Assembly (NCBI GenBank): GCA_041920215.1
Contig: JAYRSJ010000002.1
Span: 191,568 to 255,567 of the forward strand
Length of the DNA: 64,000 bases
Direction: 5' to 3'
Source: Burkholderiaceae bacterium
GTDB lineage: Bacteria > Pseudomonadota > Gammaproteobacteria > Burkholderiales > Burkholderiaceae_C
Shown: piece after piece, positions 1 through 9,011 of the stretch
How the letters are laid out: each line of letters starts with the position of its first letter
Position numbering within the stretch: position 1 is the first letter of the stretch
The notes under the pieces: model-generated
What the model was told of the DNA's origin: nothing
What the model saw: only the letters and a program-made list of their open reading frames with translations
The model's database searches: none
Translations under genes and position numbers: made by a program

Positions 1-290
1 ATCTGGAGGCGCAGCCGATGGTGCTGCTCGAGGCCATGGCTGCTGGGACGCCGGTGCTGAGCACGCGGGTGGGCGGCATTCCGGACCTCGTCGAAGAGGG
101 GGTGGACGGGTTGTTGGTTGATGCGCATAACCCGCAGCAACTGGCTCTTGGGCTGCTGCGCCTTTGGGATGATGCCGGGCTGCGTGAGCGGCTGGCCTAT
201 GCCGCGCGGGCCAGGATACTGGCCCAGCACTGCGCGCCGGACGCCTGTGAGGCGCTGCGTGAGTTGTATCGGGCGCTGGCGACCCGGTGA
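1..290 (+). CDS. Glycosyltransferase family 1 (GT4-type), C-terminal fragment; 5' end lies outside the window
   Basis: The frame is open to the window edge. 'LLEAMAAGTPVLSTRVGGIPDLVEEGVDGLLVD' is the canonical GT-B/GT4 C-terminal E-x7-E donor-binding region. Stop TGA at 288-290. Confidence 0.8.
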   Translation, partial: LEAQPMVLLEAMAAGTPVLSTRVGGIPDLVEEGVDGLLVDAHNPQQLALGLLRLWDDAGLRERLAYAARARILAQHCAPDACEALRELYRALATR

Positions 291-307
291 TCTGAAGGAG
301 ACCGAGT

Positions 308-1567
308 ATGGAGGGAGCGCTGCGCTACCGGCTGATTGACCTGGCCAGGGGCACGGATTCGGTGGGGCTGCTGAGCGCGCTGCGGCGCTGGCAGTACGAG
401 TCGCCGCAGGCGCTGGCGGCGCGCTCGGCGCTGGCGCTGACGCAGTATTTCGACGAACTGCGCCGCGAGGTGCCGATGTTTGCGGATGTGGCGCGCTTCG
501 AGGACCTGCCGGTGCTGGACAAGCGTTTCATCAACAGCCACCGCGAGGCCTTGATGAACCGCCATTACCGGGGCAAGCCGGTGCGCAAGAAGACCGGCGG
601 CTCCACCGGCGAGCCGCTGGTGTACTACACCGGCGCCGAGTCGCAGTCCTATCTATGGGCCGGGCTGTTCCTGGCCTGGGAGGCGGCCGGCTACCGGCTG
701 GGAGACCGCGTGGCCTTCCTGGCGGGCTCCTCGCTGTTCGGCACCGGCTACAAGCAGCGCGTCTATTACGGGCTGCTCAACGTGACGGTGATGTCGGCCT
801 TCGATATGTCGGCGGCGCAGATGACGGCCTATGCCCAGGCGCTGCGCGAGGGGGGCTTTCGCCTGCTCTACGGCTATGCCTCGGCCATCCACCGGCTGGC
901 CCGGCATGTGCTGGAGGGGGGCGGGCCGCGGCCGCAGACGCGGCTGCGCGGCATCGTCTGCACGGCCGAGGTGCTGACGCCGCCGATGCGCGCCGACATC
1001 GAGACAGCCTTCGGCGTGCCCTGCTACAGCCAGTACGGCTGCAATGACGCGGGGGTCTCGGCCTTCGAATGCGAGCATCGCAATGGCTTTCACCTGCTGA
1101 GCACGCGCAGCCATGCCGAGGTGCTGGAGGGTGGGCGCCTGATCTCGACCGACCTGTCGAACCGCGCGATGTTCATGCCGCGCTACGACACCGGCGATCT
1201 GGTGCGCATGTCGGGGCGGGTCTGCCCCTGCGGGCGCGGGCTGCCCCTGATCGACGAGGTGGTGGGGCGCCAGAACGATATGGTGGTCGACCCGCGCGGG
1301 GCCTCGGTGCACTCGGAGTTCTTCACCCACATGTTCCGCGAGGACGCGCGCATCCAGTCCTTCCAGGTGGTGTTCGACGCGGCGGAGCTGGTGGTCAATG
1401 TGCATGCGGCCGGGCTGAGCGCCGCCGAGCAGCAGTCGCTGGCCGCGCCCTATCTGGCGCGCATCCAGGCCGCGCTGGAGTTTCCCGCCCTGCGCTTCGA
1501 GTTCGACCAGCCCTTCGTGACGCTGCCCAACGCCAAGCATCGCTTCGTGATGCGGCGCGGCGGCTGA
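308..1567 (+). CDS. CapK/PaaK-like adenylate-forming enzyme (phenylacetate-CoA ligase / F390 synthetase family) of polysaccharide loci
   Basis: 419-aa ORF with a GAAGGAG-like RBS at about 294-300. The 'KKTGGSTGEPLVYY' AMP-binding P-loop-like motif and overall length are typical of the PaaK/CapK family. Confidence 0.75.
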   Translation: MEGALRYRLIDLARGTDSVGLLSALRRWQYESPQALAARSALALTQYFDELRREVPMFADVARFEDLPVLDKRFINSHREALMNRHYRGKPVRKKTGGSTGEPLVYYTGAESQSYLWAGLFLAWEAAGYRLGDRVAFLAGSSLFGTGYKQRVYYGLLNVTVMSAFDMSAAQMTAYAQALREGGFRLLYGYASAIHRLARHVLEGGGPRPQTRLRGIVCTAEVLTPPMRADIETAFGVPCYSQYGCNDAGVSAFECEHRNGFHLLSTRSHAEVLEGGRLISTDLSNRAMFMPRYDTGDLVRMSGRVCPCGRGLPLIDEVVGRQNDMVVDPRGASVHSEFFTHMFREDARIQSFQVVFDAAELVVNVHAAGLSAAEQQSLAAPYLARIQAALEFPALRFEFDQPFVTLPNAKHRFVMRRGG

Positions 1568-1611
1568 AGAGGGGCCGGGCAACCGGCCTCGCCGGCTGGC
1601 GCCAGGATCGC

Positions 1612-4098
1612 TCAGGGGGCCAGCGTGGTCTGGCGCTTGTCGAAGCTGATGGTCTGGCTGCCGATCACCACCGTGATGCGGCTGCCTTGCTGGCCGACCT
1701 GCAGCGGCACGGTCCGGCAGCCGTCGCGCAGCACGGTCAGGTGGACCAGTTCGGTGCTGCGGTTGAGCAGCGTGAAGCGGCCGTGCGACTGGGCGGGCCG
1801 CGCCGCCTCCGGGGCCACATCCCAGGCGGTGGTCTGCGAAAAGCTGCTGGCCGGGCCATAGCGGTCCAGGCAGACCGAGGCGCTGCCGTTGCTGGCCCGC
1901 ACGGTGCTGGCATCGGCATTGAAGGGCTGGGGCGAGTGGTAGTTCAGCTCCCATTGGCGCGCCTGGGCGCTGGTGGCCCAGTCGTAGATCAGGGTGGTGC
2001 CGCTGTTGCGGTCCATCACCACGCTGCGCACCGCATTGCTCAGCAGCGGCACCCAGCGGTAGCTCAGGTTGTCGTAGGCGCGGTAGGCGGGTGTGGCGTC
2101 ACCGCTCACCACGGACAGCGTACCCCGCACCTCGCTGTGGATCAGGGCGCCGGTGGCCTCCATCGTACGCAAGGGCTCGGGTGGCCGGCCCTGGCTATTC
2201 AGGAGCTCGCCCTGGCCGATCCCGCCGTCGATGGTCAGCGCGTTCTTGTAGCGGGTGGCGCGGGTCACCGCTCTGTGGTGGGGCGAGTTGTAGTAGGGGT
2301 AGTAGCCCGCGCTAATCAGCAGCGGCTGGCCCTGGGAGACATAGACCACCGCGTTCTGGTCGGCATGCGAGTGGTTGTAGGCGCCGAAGCGGCTGGAGCG
2401 GAAGAACACGCTGGTGCGGGCGCTGAGGCTAGCATCCATATGCATGGCGGCGAGGCCGCCGCCGGGGAAGAACCAGCTGTTTTGCCGCGGCGGCTGGGGC
2501 GCGGGCAGGGGGCGGTTGTCGGCACCCAGCAGCAGCAGTTGCCAGATTAGTACGCGGCTGGGATAGCGCATGCTGTTGGGGTCGGCCCGCCAGTACCAGG
2601 CATCGACCGGGTCGCGCGTCATCTGCGCATGCAGGCGGAATACATGCGGCGCGTAGTTGCTGTACAGGCTGTCGTTCTCGGCCTCGTCGCCGAAGGGGCT
2701 GATCTGCCGGTGCTGGGGCGGGGTGAAGGCCAGCATCTGATCACCCGCGCGGCGCAGATAGTCCAGATGCTGATAGAGATCCAGGCCTGTGATGGTGCGC
2801 ACGGCGGCCACATAGGGCACGGTGCTGACCATCGAGTACCAGCCATAGGCAATGCCGTTGCCGAAGCTGCCGTCCTTGTCGCCCCAGGCGTCGAACGCGA
2901 ACTGGCTCAGGTCCCAGACTCGGGTCAGCAGGGCCGCGCCCTCCGGGAAGCCGGGCAGGCCGGCAGCGAGCAGCAGGGCCTGGCTGAGCCAGCGTAGATT
3001 GTTGACACGGTGGGGGTTGTAGGGATCTGTGTCCAGCACGGCCAGGGAGTCGACCGCCTGTATTAGACGGGCGCGCAGCGCGATGGTGACTTGCTGGCGT
3101 TCCTGGCTGCTCAGGTCCTGCCAGAGCATATCCAGGCCGATGGCCAGGGCCAGATACAGCTCGCGGTTGCCCTGGACATTGACCGTTTCGCTGCTGACGC
3201 CGGTGGGCGCCCAGTTGGCGAGTGACAGCACTCGCTGCTTGGCGTTGACGGTCATCGCTGGGACGTTGTCGAGCTTGCCGATCAGGCTCAGTACCTCGAT
3301 GTACTCGCGTTCCGTCCGGACGATGCTGACGATGTTGTTGTCGTCCCGCAGCTTGAGCAGTTCCGCCTGGGTGGCTGGGGTGGGCGGAACGGCAGGGATC
3401 GGGCGGGCGAGGTAGGCATTGGCCAGCCCACGCAGGCGGTTGAACACTGGCAGGTGGTCTGGCGCCTGTGCGGCGGTCGCGATCTTCGCGAAGCTGCTGC
3501 CGGCGGGCAGCAGGCGCGGGCGCGCCTTGGCCATGACACCGGCCGTGATCTCCTGGCCTTCCGGCAGGCTGGTCGTGCTGGCGCTGGCGCTGACGCGGCC
3601 GGCCAGAGCGGTACGGGCAGGAGCCTCGATCTGAAAGCGCCGCCACTGTGTGGGCGTGACCTGCCCCCGGGTGTTGCGGTAGCTAACCGCCCATTCGTAG
3701 TCGCCGGCGGCCAGGACCTGCCGGACTGCCAGCCGGGGTTCGCTGATGTCGCTGCGGCTGTAGATGATGCTGCCGCCCTTGCTGCGCAGGCTGAAGCTCC
3801 AGGGGCTGCCGGCCTGGCGGTCCGGTGCTTCGCCCCAGGAGAACAGCGGCGTGCTGCTCAGGCGCTGGCAGTCCTCGGGCAGGATGCGGCGCTGGTGTGC
3901 CGGCATGGCCTGCAGCCAGTCGGGCGGCAGCGAGGGGCAGCTCGCCGTGGGCTCGGCCGGCAGGCCGGAGGCCGGCGGGTGCTGGGTCAGCAGGTCCTGC
4001 TCAGGCTGGGTGGGGCGGGTTTGCTGGCAGGCTGCCAGCGCCAGGACTAGGGGCAATGCGACGCCAAGATGGGCGGGGTGAACCAGTTTGGGCGCCAT
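1612..4098 (-). CDS. Heparinase II/III-family polysaccharide lyase lipoprotein (DUF4962-like N-terminal domain plus Hepar_II_III C-terminal domain)
   Basis: 828 aa with a strong RBS AAGGAGGT upstream of the ATG at 4098. Lipobox 'LVLALAAC'. The C-terminal 'AYNHSHADQNAVVYVSQGQPLLISAGYY' is the characteristic heparinase II/III His motif region. Confidence 0.75.
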   Translation of the reverse strand: MAPKLVHPAHLGVALPLVLALAACQQTRPTQPEQDLLTQHPPASGLPAEPTASCPSLPPDWLQAMPAHQRRILPEDCQRLSSTPLFSWGEAPDRQAGSPWSFSLRSKGGSIIYSRSDISEPRLAVRQVLAAGDYEWAVSYRNTRGQVTPTQWRRFQIEAPARTALAGRVSASASTTSLPEGQEITAGVMAKARPRLLPAGSSFAKIATAAQAPDHLPVFNRLRGLANAYLARPIPAVPPTPATQAELLKLRDDNNIVSIVRTEREYIEVLSLIGKLDNVPAMTVNAKQRVLSLANWAPTGVSSETVNVQGNRELYLALAIGLDMLWQDLSSQERQQVTIALRARLIQAVDSLAVLDTDPYNPHRVNNLRWLSQALLLAAGLPGFPEGAALLTRVWDLSQFAFDAWGDKDGSFGNGIAYGWYSMVSTVPYVAAVRTITGLDLYQHLDYLRRAGDQMLAFTPPQHRQISPFGDEAENDSLYSNYAPHVFRLHAQMTRDPVDAWYWRADPNSMRYPSRVLIWQLLLLGADNRPLPAPQPPRQNSWFFPGGGLAAMHMDASLSARTSVFFRSSRFGAYNHSHADQNAVVYVSQGQPLLISAGYYPYYNSPHHRAVTRATRYKNALTIDGGIGQGELLNSQGRPPEPLRTMEATGALIHSEVRGTLSVVSGDATPAYRAYDNLSYRWVPLLSNAVRSVVMDRNSGTTLIYDWATSAQARQWELNYHSPQPFNADASTVRASNGSASVCLDRYGPASSFSQTTAWDVAPEAARPAQSHGRFTLLNRSTELVHLTVLRDGCRTVPLQVGQQGSRITVVIGSQTISFDKRQTTLAP

Positions 4099-4264
4099 GC
4101 GTACCTCCTTGCTTGCGCTGCGAGTTCAGCGCTGGGCTGATCGGTCGGTGCTAAATCCTGTGATGCTTGGATCGGATTCTTGCCGATGCTGCTGCCGCTT
4201 GGGTCGGGGCCGCTACGCGAAATTGGGGGTAAGCGCGGCATGCTTCATGCTTCACCCCGCCGCG

Positions 4265-5029
4265 TCAGCGCCTGCGCCACTCCCTGAACAGCAGGCCGAA
4301 GAAGGCCATGTCCTCGATGAAGTAGCGCCGGAACATGCGGCGCGGTTCCTGCAGAAAGCGGTAGAACCATTCCAGCCCGCTCTTTTGCATCCATACCGGG
4401 GCGCGCTTGACCTTGCCGGCGAACACGTCGAAGGTGCCGCCCACGCCCATCGCGAAGGGGATGCGCATCTGCGCCTGGTAGGCGCCGAGGAACTGCTCCT
4501 TCTTGGGCGAGCTGATCGCGACGAAGAGCAGATCGGCGCGCGCGGCCGTGATCTCGTCGACCACCTGCTGTTCCTGCTCGGGCTTCCAGTAGCCGTTGCG
4601 ATGGCCGGCAAAGACCAGCTGCGGATAGCGCTGCGCATAGAGCTCGCGCACCCGGGCGACGATCTCCTCGCGTGCGCCGAGCAGAAAGACCCGCCAGCCC
4701 TTCTGGGCGGCGCGGCCCATCAGCGCATCGAACAGGTCGACGCCGGCGACGCGTTCCTTCAGCGGCTTGCCGAGCAGGCGCGAGGCCCAGACCACCGGCA
4801 TGCCGTCGGCATTGATCAGCGCGCAGTCGTTGATGATGCGGCGCAGCTCGGGGTCGTGCTGGGCCTTGACCAGCTTGTCGACATTGACCACCACATGCTG
4901 GTGCGGCTGGCCGCTGGCGATGAAGCCCTCGATGGTCTGCAGGGTCTCTTCCATCGAGAGGTTGTCGACCTGGCAGCCCATCATCTCGATGCGCTGCGGG
5001 TGCGTGCTGCTGTTCTGTGCCGCCATCAT
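4265..5029 (-). CDS. WecG/TagA/CpsF-family glycosyltransferase (GT26; ManNAc/ManNAcA transferase type)
   Basis: Track ORF 4265..5308 trimmed to 'MMAAQNSS...' at 5029, whose ATG overlaps the wecB stop (ATGA). 'NADGMPVVWASRLLG', 'FLLGA' and 'GVGGTFDVFAGKVKRAP' are GT26 hallmarks. The upstream 93 codons are Arg/Gly/Pro low complexity and overlap wecB. Confidence 0.85.
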   Translation of the reverse strand: MMAAQNSSTHPQRIEMMGCQVDNLSMEETLQTIEGFIASGQPHQHVVVNVDKLVKAQHDPELRRIINDCALINADGMPVVWASRLLGKPLKERVAGVDLFDALMGRAAQKGWRVFLLGAREEIVARVRELYAQRYPQLVFAGHRNGYWKPEQEQQVVDEITAARADLLFVAISSPKKEQFLGAYQAQMRIPFAMGVGGTFDVFAGKVKRAPVWMQKSGLEWFYRFLQEPRRMFRRYFIEDMAFFGLLFREWRRR

Positions 5030-6162
5030 CGCGCCAGCTTCTCCGCCAGGATCTTGACGATGCGGCCGGCGGCCTGACCGTCCCACAGCGCCGGGCGGCG
5101 GCCGCGCTTGGCGGCGCGGCCCTGGATCACGTCCAGCGCGGCCTGGATGACGGCCGCGGGTTCGGTGCCGGCCAGCACATTGCTGCCCTCGTCGACGGTG
5201 ATGGGGCGCTCGGTGTTCTCGCGCATGGTCACGCAGGGCACGCCCAGCGCGGTGGTCTCTTCCTGCAGGCCGCCGCTGTCGGTCAGCACCAGGGCCGCGT
5301 CCTTCCACAGATGCAGAAAGGACATATAGGCCTGCGGGCCCAGCAGCGTGATGTTGGGGCCTAGATCGATGCCGAACTTGTCGAGGTTGTTGCGGGTGCG
5401 CGGATGCATGGGGAAGACGATGGGCAGCTCGGCCGCCACCGCGCGCAGCACCTGGGCCACGCGCTGCAGCGAGGCGGCGCTGTCCACATTGCTGGGACGG
5501 TGCAGGGTCACCACGCAGTAGCGTGCATGCTGGCGCTTGAAGGCGTCGGTCTCGTAGGCGCTGGTATCGCGCATCGCACCGAGCTTGTCGGCCTGGTAGA
5601 GCACGTTGTCGACCATCACATGGCCGACGTCGTAGACGCTGGCCATGTCCTTGCCCTCGCGGCGCAGATGCTCGCTGCCGCTGGGCTCGGTGACGAAGAA
5701 CCAGTCGGAGATCGCGTCGGTGACCAGGCGGTTGATCTCCTCGGGCATGCTCATATCGCCGCTGCGCAGGCCGGCCTCCACATGGGCCACCGGGATGCCG
5801 GCCTTCTTGGCCACCACCGAGCAGGCCAGCGTGGAGTTGACATCGCCCACCACCAGGCAGGCGGCCGGCTTCTCGGCCGCCACCAGCTGCTCATAGGCCA
5901 GCATGATCTTGCCGGTCTGCTCGGCATGGCTGCCGCCGCCGCAGCCCAGGCGCACATCGGGGGCGGGGATGCCCAGCTCCTCGAAGAAGACCTCGTTCAT
6001 ATCGCGGTCGTAGTGCTGGCCGGTGTGCACCAGCTTCCAGTCCAGCCGGCCATCGGCCTGCAGCGCCCGCACGATGGGCGCGATCTTCATGAAGTTGGGG
6101 CGGGCACCGGCGATCAGGTGCAGGCAGGGTTTGTCGGTGGCTTGGGCTTGGTCTGCTGACAT
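5026..6162 (-). CDS. wecB: UDP-N-acetylglucosamine 2-epimerase (non-hydrolysing)
   Basis: 378 aa. '[15 protein letters not shown]', 'VHTGQHYD', '[10 protein letters not shown]' and 'TDSGGLQEE' match the WecB/MnaA family throughout. Confidence 0.92.
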   Translation of the reverse strand: MSADQAQATDKPCLHLIAGARPNFMKIAPIVRALQADGRLDWKLVHTGQHYDRDMNEVFFEELGIPAPDVRLGCGGGSHAEQTGKIMLAYEQLVAAEKPAACLVVGDVNSTLACSVVAKKAGIPVAHVEAGLRSGDMSMPEEINRLVTDAISDWFFVTEPSGSEHLRREGKDMASVYDVGHVMVDNVLYQADKLGAMRDTSAYETDAFKRQHARYCVVTLHRPSNVDSAASLQRVAQVLRAVAAELPIVFPMHPRTRNNLDKFGIDLGPNITLLGPQAYMSFLHLWKDAALVLTDSGGLQEETTALGVPCVTMRENTERPITVDEGSNVLAGTEPAAVIQAALDVIQGRAAKRGRRPALWDGQAAGRIVKILAEKLAR

Positions 6163-6437
6163 GGCTGGGGTTCAGCGGCGCTGCGGGCCGCGCTGACGGG
6201 CATGGGGTGGCGGCGATTCTAGGTGGCGCTCATGACGCTACAGGCCGCCGGCACCCCCTAATTGACGGGCTTGTTGACGGACTGTTGCACCTGCCTGGCC
6301 GCCCGCATGCCGATCGAATGCCCCCCGAACTGAGGGCCGCTGCCCGGGGCTGTCATGGCGCTGGGCGAGAATACGCGGCCGGCAGCCATCGGCGCTGGCC
6401 GGAAAGAACAAAGCATCGTGAAACACCAGGAGTTGTT

Positions 6438-7445
6438 GTGAAGGTACTCGTCACCGGCGCTGCCGGCTTTATCGGCATGCATGTCAGCCAGATCCTGCTG
6501 GGTCGGGGCGATCAGGTCGTGGGCCTGGACAACTTGAACAACTACTACGACCCGCAGCTCAAGCACGACCGCCTGGCGCGGCTGACGGGCAAGCCCGGTT
6601 TCGAGTTCGTCAAGCTGGACGTGGCCGACCGCGCCGGCATGGAGAAGCTCTTCGCCGAGCAGCGCTTCGACCGGGTGGTGCATCTGGCCGCCCAGGCCGG
6701 CGTGCGCTACTCGCTGGAGAACCCGCATGCCTATATCGACAGCAATATCGTCGGCTTCACCAATATCCTGGAAGGCTGCCGCCACAACGGCGTGCAGCAT
6801 CTGGCCTATGCCTCCAGCTCCAGCGTCTATGGCGGCAACACCCTGATGCCCTTCAGCGAGCATCACAGCGTCGACCATCCGGTCAGCCTCTATGCGGCCA
6901 CCAAGAAGGCCAACGAGCTGATGGCCCATACCTACAGCCATCTGTTCCGCCTGCCGACCACCGGCCTGCGCTTCTTCACCGTCTACGGGCCCTGGGGCCG
7001 GCCGGACATGGCGCTGTTCCTGTTCACCAAGGCCATCCTGGAGGGCCGGCCCATCAATGTGTTCAACCACGGCAAGATGGTGCGCGACTTCACCTATATC
7101 GACGATATCGCCGAGGGTGTGGTGCGGGTGCTGGACCGGCCGGCCACCGCCGACGCCGACTACGACGCGATCAAGAGCGATCCGGCGCGCTCCAATGCGC
7201 CCTACCGGGTCTTCAATATCGGCAACCACGACCCCATCGAGCTGATGGCCTTCATCGAGGCGATCGAGCAGGCGGTGGGCCGCGAGGCGGTGAAGAACTT
7301 CATGCCGCTGCAGGACGGCGATGTGCCGGCCACCCATGCCGATGTGGCCGAGCTGGAGGCCTGGACCGGCTTCAAGCCGGCCATGCCGGTGCCCGAGGGC
7401 ATACAGCGCTTCGTGGCCTGGTATCGCGACTATTACAAGGTTTGA
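6438..7445 (+). CDS. NAD-dependent epimerase, UDP-glucuronate 4-epimerase type (SDR)
   Basis: Track ORF 6207..7445 trimmed to the GTG at 6438, with GGAG 6 nt upstream. '[15 protein letters not shown]...[14 protein letters not shown]', 'YAATK' catalytic YxxxK and '[13 protein letters not shown]' are typical of the Cap1J/LpsL-like family. Confidence 0.82.
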   Translation: MKVLVTGAAGFIGMHVSQILLGRGDQVVGLDNLNNYYDPQLKHDRLARLTGKPGFEFVKLDVADRAGMEKLFAEQRFDRVVHLAAQAGVRYSLENPHAYIDSNIVGFTNILEGCRHNGVQHLAYASSSSVYGGNTLMPFSEHHSVDHPVSLYAATKKANELMAHTYSHLFRLPTTGLRFFTVYGPWGRPDMALFLFTKAILEGRPINVFNHGKMVRDFTYIDDIAEGVVRVLDRPATADADYDAIKSDPARSNAPYRVFNIGNHDPIELMAFIEAIEQAVGREAVKNFMPLQDGDVPATHADVAELEAWTGFKPAMPVPEGIQRFVAWYRDYYKV

Positions 7446-7494
7446 TCCGCCGGCCCGCGGCGCGGCGGCGGGCCAGCACTTTGGGAGTTTGCGC

Positions 7495-8832
7495 GTGAAA
7501 GTTACTGCAATCGGCACCGGCTATGTGGGCCTGGTCACCGGCGCCTGCCTGGCCGAGATGGGCAACCATGTGGTGTGCCTGGACGTGAATCCGGACAAGA
7601 TTGCTGTGCTCAATGCCGGCGAGATCCCCATCCACGAGCCGGGCCTGCTGGAGGTGGTGCGGCGCAATGTGGCGGCGGGCCGCCTGCAGTTCACCACCGA
7701 TGTGGACCTGGCGGTGGCCCATGGCACCATCCTCTTCATCGGCGTGGGCACCCCGCCCGACGAGGACGGCTCGGCCGATCTGCAGTATGTGCTGGCGGCG
7801 GCCCGCTCGATCGGCCAGCGCATGACCGACTACAAGGTCATCGTCGACAAGAGCACGGTGCCGGTGGGCACGGCCGACAAGGTGCGCGCGGCGATTGCCG
7901 AGGAGCTGGCCAGGCGCGGCGTCACGGTGGCGCATGCGGTGGTCTCCAACCCCGAGTTCCTCAAGGAGGGCGCGGCGGTGGAGGACTTCATGCGGCCCGA
8001 CCGCATCATCGTCGGCTCCGACGACGAGCAGGCCACGCTGCTGATGCGCGCGATCTACGCCCCCTTCACCCGCAGCCACGACCGGCTGATGGTGATGGAT
8101 GTGCGCAGCGCCGAATTCACCAAGTACGCGGCCAATGCGATGCTGGCCACCCGCATCAGCTTCATGAACGAGCTGGCCCTGCTGGCCGAGAAGGTGGGCG
8201 CCGATATCGAGCAGGTGCGCCGCGGCATCGGCTCGGACCCGCGCATCGGCTACCAGTTCCTCTATGCCGGCGCCGGCTATGGCGGCAGCTGCTTCCCCAA
8301 GGACGTCAAGGCCCTGGTGCGCACCGGCCGCGACGAAGGCATCCCGCTGCGGGTGCTGAGCGCGGTGGAGGAGGCCAACGAGCGCCAGAAGCGCCTGCTG
8401 GTGGACAAGGTGCTGGCGCGCTTCGGCAGCGATCTGGCCGGCCGCCGCTTCGCGATCTGGGGCCTGGCCTTCAAGCCGAATACCGACGATATGCGCGAGG
8501 CCCCGGCCCTGGTCATCATCGCCGAGCTGCTCAAGGCGGGCGCCAGCCTAGCCGTCTACGACCCGGTGGCGATGGACGAGGCCAGGCGGCTGCTGCAGCA
8601 GCAGCCCGGGGCGGGCAGCATCAGCTTCTGCGAGCGCGCCGAGGCGGCTCTGCCGGGCGCCGATGCGCTGCTGATCGTGACCGAGTGGAAGGAGTTCCGA
8701 ACCCCGGATTTCGAGGGCATCAAGGCCGCGCTGAAGCAGCCGGTGATCTTCGACGGCCGCAACCTCTATGAACCGCCGCTGATGCGCGCGCTGGGCATCG
8801 AGCATTACGGCGTGGGCCGCGGCGGCGTCTAG
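7495..8832 (+). CDS. ugd: UDP-glucose 6-dehydrogenase
   Basis: Track ORF 7321..8832 trimmed to the GTG at 7495 ('[23 protein letters not shown]' Rossmann N-terminus). 'GGSCFPKDV' catalytic Cys motif and '[15 protein letters not shown]'. Confidence 0.92.
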   Translation: MKVTAIGTGYVGLVTGACLAEMGNHVVCLDVNPDKIAVLNAGEIPIHEPGLLEVVRRNVAAGRLQFTTDVDLAVAHGTILFIGVGTPPDEDGSADLQYVLAAARSIGQRMTDYKVIVDKSTVPVGTADKVRAAIAEELARRGVTVAHAVVSNPEFLKEGAAVEDFMRPDRIIVGSDDEQATLLMRAIYAPFTRSHDRLMVMDVRSAEFTKYAANAMLATRISFMNELALLAEKVGADIEQVRRGIGSDPRIGYQFLYAGAGYGGSCFPKDVKALVRTGRDEGIPLRVLSAVEEANERQKRLLVDKVLARFGSDLAGRRFAIWGLAFKPNTDDMREAPALVIIAELLKAGASLAVYDPVAMDEARRLLQQQPGAGSISFCERAEAALPGADALLIVTEWKEFRTPDFEGIKAALKQPVIFDGRNLYEPPLMRALGIEHYGVGRGGV

Positions 8833-9011
8833 GCCGGCCAGATCAGGGCCTACGCTGGCTGGGCCTTGAGGCCAAGGCTGAAGCCGAGCGTGAGGGCGGC
8901 CGTCAGGCCTGGGCGCGCGGGCGCGCGATGCATTGGCTGCAGCATGGCCGCCCTCGAGGTGGCCATGCTGCCCTGCGTGCCCCGGCAGCAACCCGTCGAC
9001 ACCAGACGAGC

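Noticed and set aside
653-2550. 433-aa minus-strand and 493-aa plus-strand ORFs overlapping the CapK-like and lyase genes
   Set aside because: They are frame or antisense shadows with Arg/Pro/Gly/Ala-rich sequence. The competing frames carry clear family motifs and good RBSs.
6270-6300. Direct repeat TTGACGG-N5-TTGACGG in the wecB / epimerase divergent region as a possible JUMPstart/ops or regulator site
   Set aside because: There is no ops element (GGCGGTAG) in this intergenic region. The repeat is only 7 nt and could simply represent overlapping -35-like hexamers, so the evidence is insufficient.
6207-6437. 77-codon N-terminal extension of the UDP-GlcA 4-epimerase ORF
   Set aside because: The Rossmann '[12 protein letters not shown]' motif must sit at the N-terminus, and the GTG at 6438 has a GGAG RBS. 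The extension is non-homologous, Arg/Gly/His-rich, and lies in the divergent promoter region.
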